A DNA stretch of 54,455 bases, filler included, from Basidiobolus ranarum (taxonomy: Eukaryota): NCBI GenBank assembly GCA_040143965.1. It is 2 parts of 2 records of this genome, joined end to end, with 100 filler letters (N's around TTAATTAATTAA, not from the genome) between each part and the next. Parts side by side here need not be neighbours in the genome. Positions count along the whole stretch, not along the records: positions 27,357 to 54,455 come from JASJQH010000125.1; 1 more part is not named here. One strand, given 5' to 3'. Below are positions 51,994-54,455 of this stretch, in pieces. A program made the translations under genes and the position numbers. The notes below the pieces were generated by a model, which was not told the DNA's origin, ran no database searches, and was given only the letters and a program-made list of their open reading frames with translations. Positions within the stretch are counted from its first letter, which is position 1. Each line of letters opens with the position of its first letter.

Positions 51994-54455
51994 ATGTTTT
52001 CCACCTCAAAACGGTTTAAAGAAAAAGGTAAGTTATTTTTACAGAGAAGTAGATTCCTTCATGGATTAACCTCAACCTTTACCTTTACCAACTATCTTAG
52101 TGGTCATGACTACCCCTGGCCCCGGAGAATACAATATAGAAGCTCCAAACACTGATAAATACAAGAAATACGGTTTCTTACATAAATCCAAACGATTCAA
52201 TGAAACTGAAAAAGGTTAGTAAAAATGGTCCAACATCTATTACATCGCATTTCTCATAGGATTTCTTTGATGCAGAGGATTATGGACTGGGTGAATACGC
52301 TGAAACCCCCGTCGTCCCTGAAAGTGCTCGTAAACCACCCTCCAGACCTAATTCATCTCTTTCCCAACATCCAGCCAAATCAATCGATGAGATGAAATAC
52401 AAGAAAGAGGTAAAGGAAGATCTTTCACACTCACCCGCTGCTTTCAAAGTATCTAACCCTATATTCATCTCAGGTGGACAGATGGAAGGAAAAGTACGAC
52501 AAACAAAGCTTACTGCATGAAAAAGAAATCGAACACTTGGAGGAGAAAGCTCGTAAACTTGAATTACAATACCACAATGCTGTCAAAGAAAAGAATAGCA
52601 TCATCGGCCAAGTGGCAACGAAAGAAAGTGAAATCAGTGAACTCATTATTAAACAAGATCGCTTGAAAGCTAATGTATGATCTACTTGTACTCTCCATCC
52701 ATTCGTTATACTCATATCTCTACTCTTATTTAGCTTGAAAAGGTCGAGAAATCCGCTCAATCCTTGATGGAAAAGGGACCTAAAACCACTGTGCTTCAAA
52801 AACGTGTGGAAGACCTTGAGAAACAAAACTCCAAATTACGTGGCATCGCTGAAAAAGCCGAAAAAACCAAGGAGAAAGTTGTTGCTGAACAAGCCTCTCT
52901 GAAAGATACTATCGCGTCAATTCAAACTGAACTTGAACAAAAAGCTGCCGAATTACAATCCACTCAAGAGGAGTTATCTAAAGTTCAGACTATCAATGAA
53001 AAGGAAATTGGCTCTTTGATGGCTCAGAAAACCAAATTGGTTCAAGAGCATACCAAGGAAATCACCAATATCCAACAAAGTCTAGACTCTGCAAACGAGG
53101 AATTAGCCGCATTACAAAATGAACTTCAACAACGTGATGAGGTAATCGAGATTTTAGAGGATGAGAAAAAACAGACTGAGTTACTCATCGATCAATTGAA
53201 ATCGGACCATGCCGAAGAAATTGCCAAACTTCAGGAAAGCTTGAAGGCGGTTCAAGAACAGCTAGCTAGCGAGAAAGCAGCCCTAGCTAAACTACAATCT
53301 GAACATACTGAAGAGATCTCCCAACTCAATATGGCTCTTGAGGAAAGTCATCAAGAAACCTCGAGGCAAGTAGATGAAATTGCAAACCTTGGCGCCGAAC
53401 ATACTAAGGAGATCGAATATCTCGAGCAAAATCTCATGAAAACCCAAGATGCTTTCGAACAAGAAAAGTTAACATGGGAGAGTGAACGTAACTCTTATGA
53501 AATGGAGAAATCCGATTTGGCTGAGAAGATTAGTGTTCTTCAATCAGCTCAAGAAGAGCTAGAAAAGTTAAATGACAAGCTTGTCCAAGATAAGGCGGAT
53601 CTTGAGAGTGAGTTTCAAGAGAAACGTTCCCAGTATGAAGGTCAAATTGCTACTTTAAATGAGAGCCTGGAAGAGTCGAAGAGACTTTACGAACATTTAG
53701 ATGCTACCAGGGCTGAGCAAAATGCTGGATTCGAAGCACAAGTGAAGTCGTTGGAGGACAAGTTGATCGAGCTTCAATCACTCTCTAGCAACGATAAGTC
53801 AAGCTTGATGAAGGAAATAGAGGCTCTTAATGACAAAGTAACAAGCATGTCTTTGGAACAAGAAAATCTAACCGCTCAGTATTCGGACGATCTATCTTGT
53901 AAGGAAAATCAAATCGACACTTTACAGCAACAGTTGCATTCCTCGGAAACCACTCTTGCCCAAAAGCAAAAATCTTGGGCTGAAGAAAAAGAGGCACTTG
54001 AGATATGTATAAATGATCTTGAATCTCACAAGAGCCATCTTCAGTCAGAGATCTCTGAATTACGTCAGAAAATGGAAGAGGAACAATCACGTCAAACTGA
54101 TATTATTGAAAAGTTGGAAGCCAAACTTCAAGTTGAGATTGAAGAACGTCGTCAAGAGGGCGCAACCTGGGTTCAAGAGAAAAATTCTCTTATTAAAAAG
54201 TACAAGGAGGAGTTGGATCATCTTCAAGACTCGCATGATAAACTTCTTGAAGATATGGAAGAAGAAAACAATCAACAATCCACTACTATCAATGAGTTGA
54301 AGTCCAAATTGGAGGAAGAAACTAAAATCCATTTGGAATCTGGACAAAAATGGACTGCTGAGAAGGAAGCTCTACTCACGGAACAAGCCCAAGAGCTTGA
54401 GTCCATGCGTGAAAATCATGAGCAAGAGATCGATGATTTACAACTTACCGTGTCG
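51994..54455 (+). CDS. HMMR/RHAMM-like long coiled-coil protein, 3' end outside the window
   Basis: Spliced N-terminus MFSTSKRFKEK..TPGPGEYNI...FLHKSKRF resembles the HMMR N-terminal motif. An uninterrupted E/K/Q/L-rich frame runs from about 52734 to the window end and is absent from the ORF track. Confidence 0.65.

Overview
Eukaryotic, intron-rich fungal DNA (short 50-110 nt GT-AG introns; the gene set and a minor-spliceosome-type intron suggest an early-diverging fungus, possibly Basidiobolus-like, which is inference only). An artificial 100-nt spacer (N44-TTAATTAATTAA-N44, 27257-27356) splits the window, and the two halves may not be contiguous. Left half: a gene-poor first 5.7 kb with a solo LTR, then a glutaredoxin-like gene, a Rab5/Rab22-type GTPase, an FLC/TRP-like membrane protein, an Ldb17/Dip1/SPIN90 homolog, an Srk1/Rck2 kinase, a septin, and the 3' part of a TMEM184/Hfl1 gene cut by the spacer. 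Right half: a decayed Ty1/copia RT joined to an LTR plus an inverted half-LTR, an intronless oligopeptidase B, Rat1/XRN2, a divergent Skp1, a UBTD/DC-UbP protein, Rpn2, a possible small orphan gene, Wee1, a peroxisomal 4CL-like ligase, Arv1 and a partial HMMR-like coiled-coil gene. Best leads: (1) a hidden terminal intron that turns the septin C-terminus into polybasic + CaaX (CSIA), i.e. a candidate prenylated septin with a possible splice switch; (2) a U12-type intron in ARV1; (3) candidate poison exons with RNA stems in the two unusually long introns of the Rab and RAT1 genes. All gene models were spliced by hand and no database search was run.
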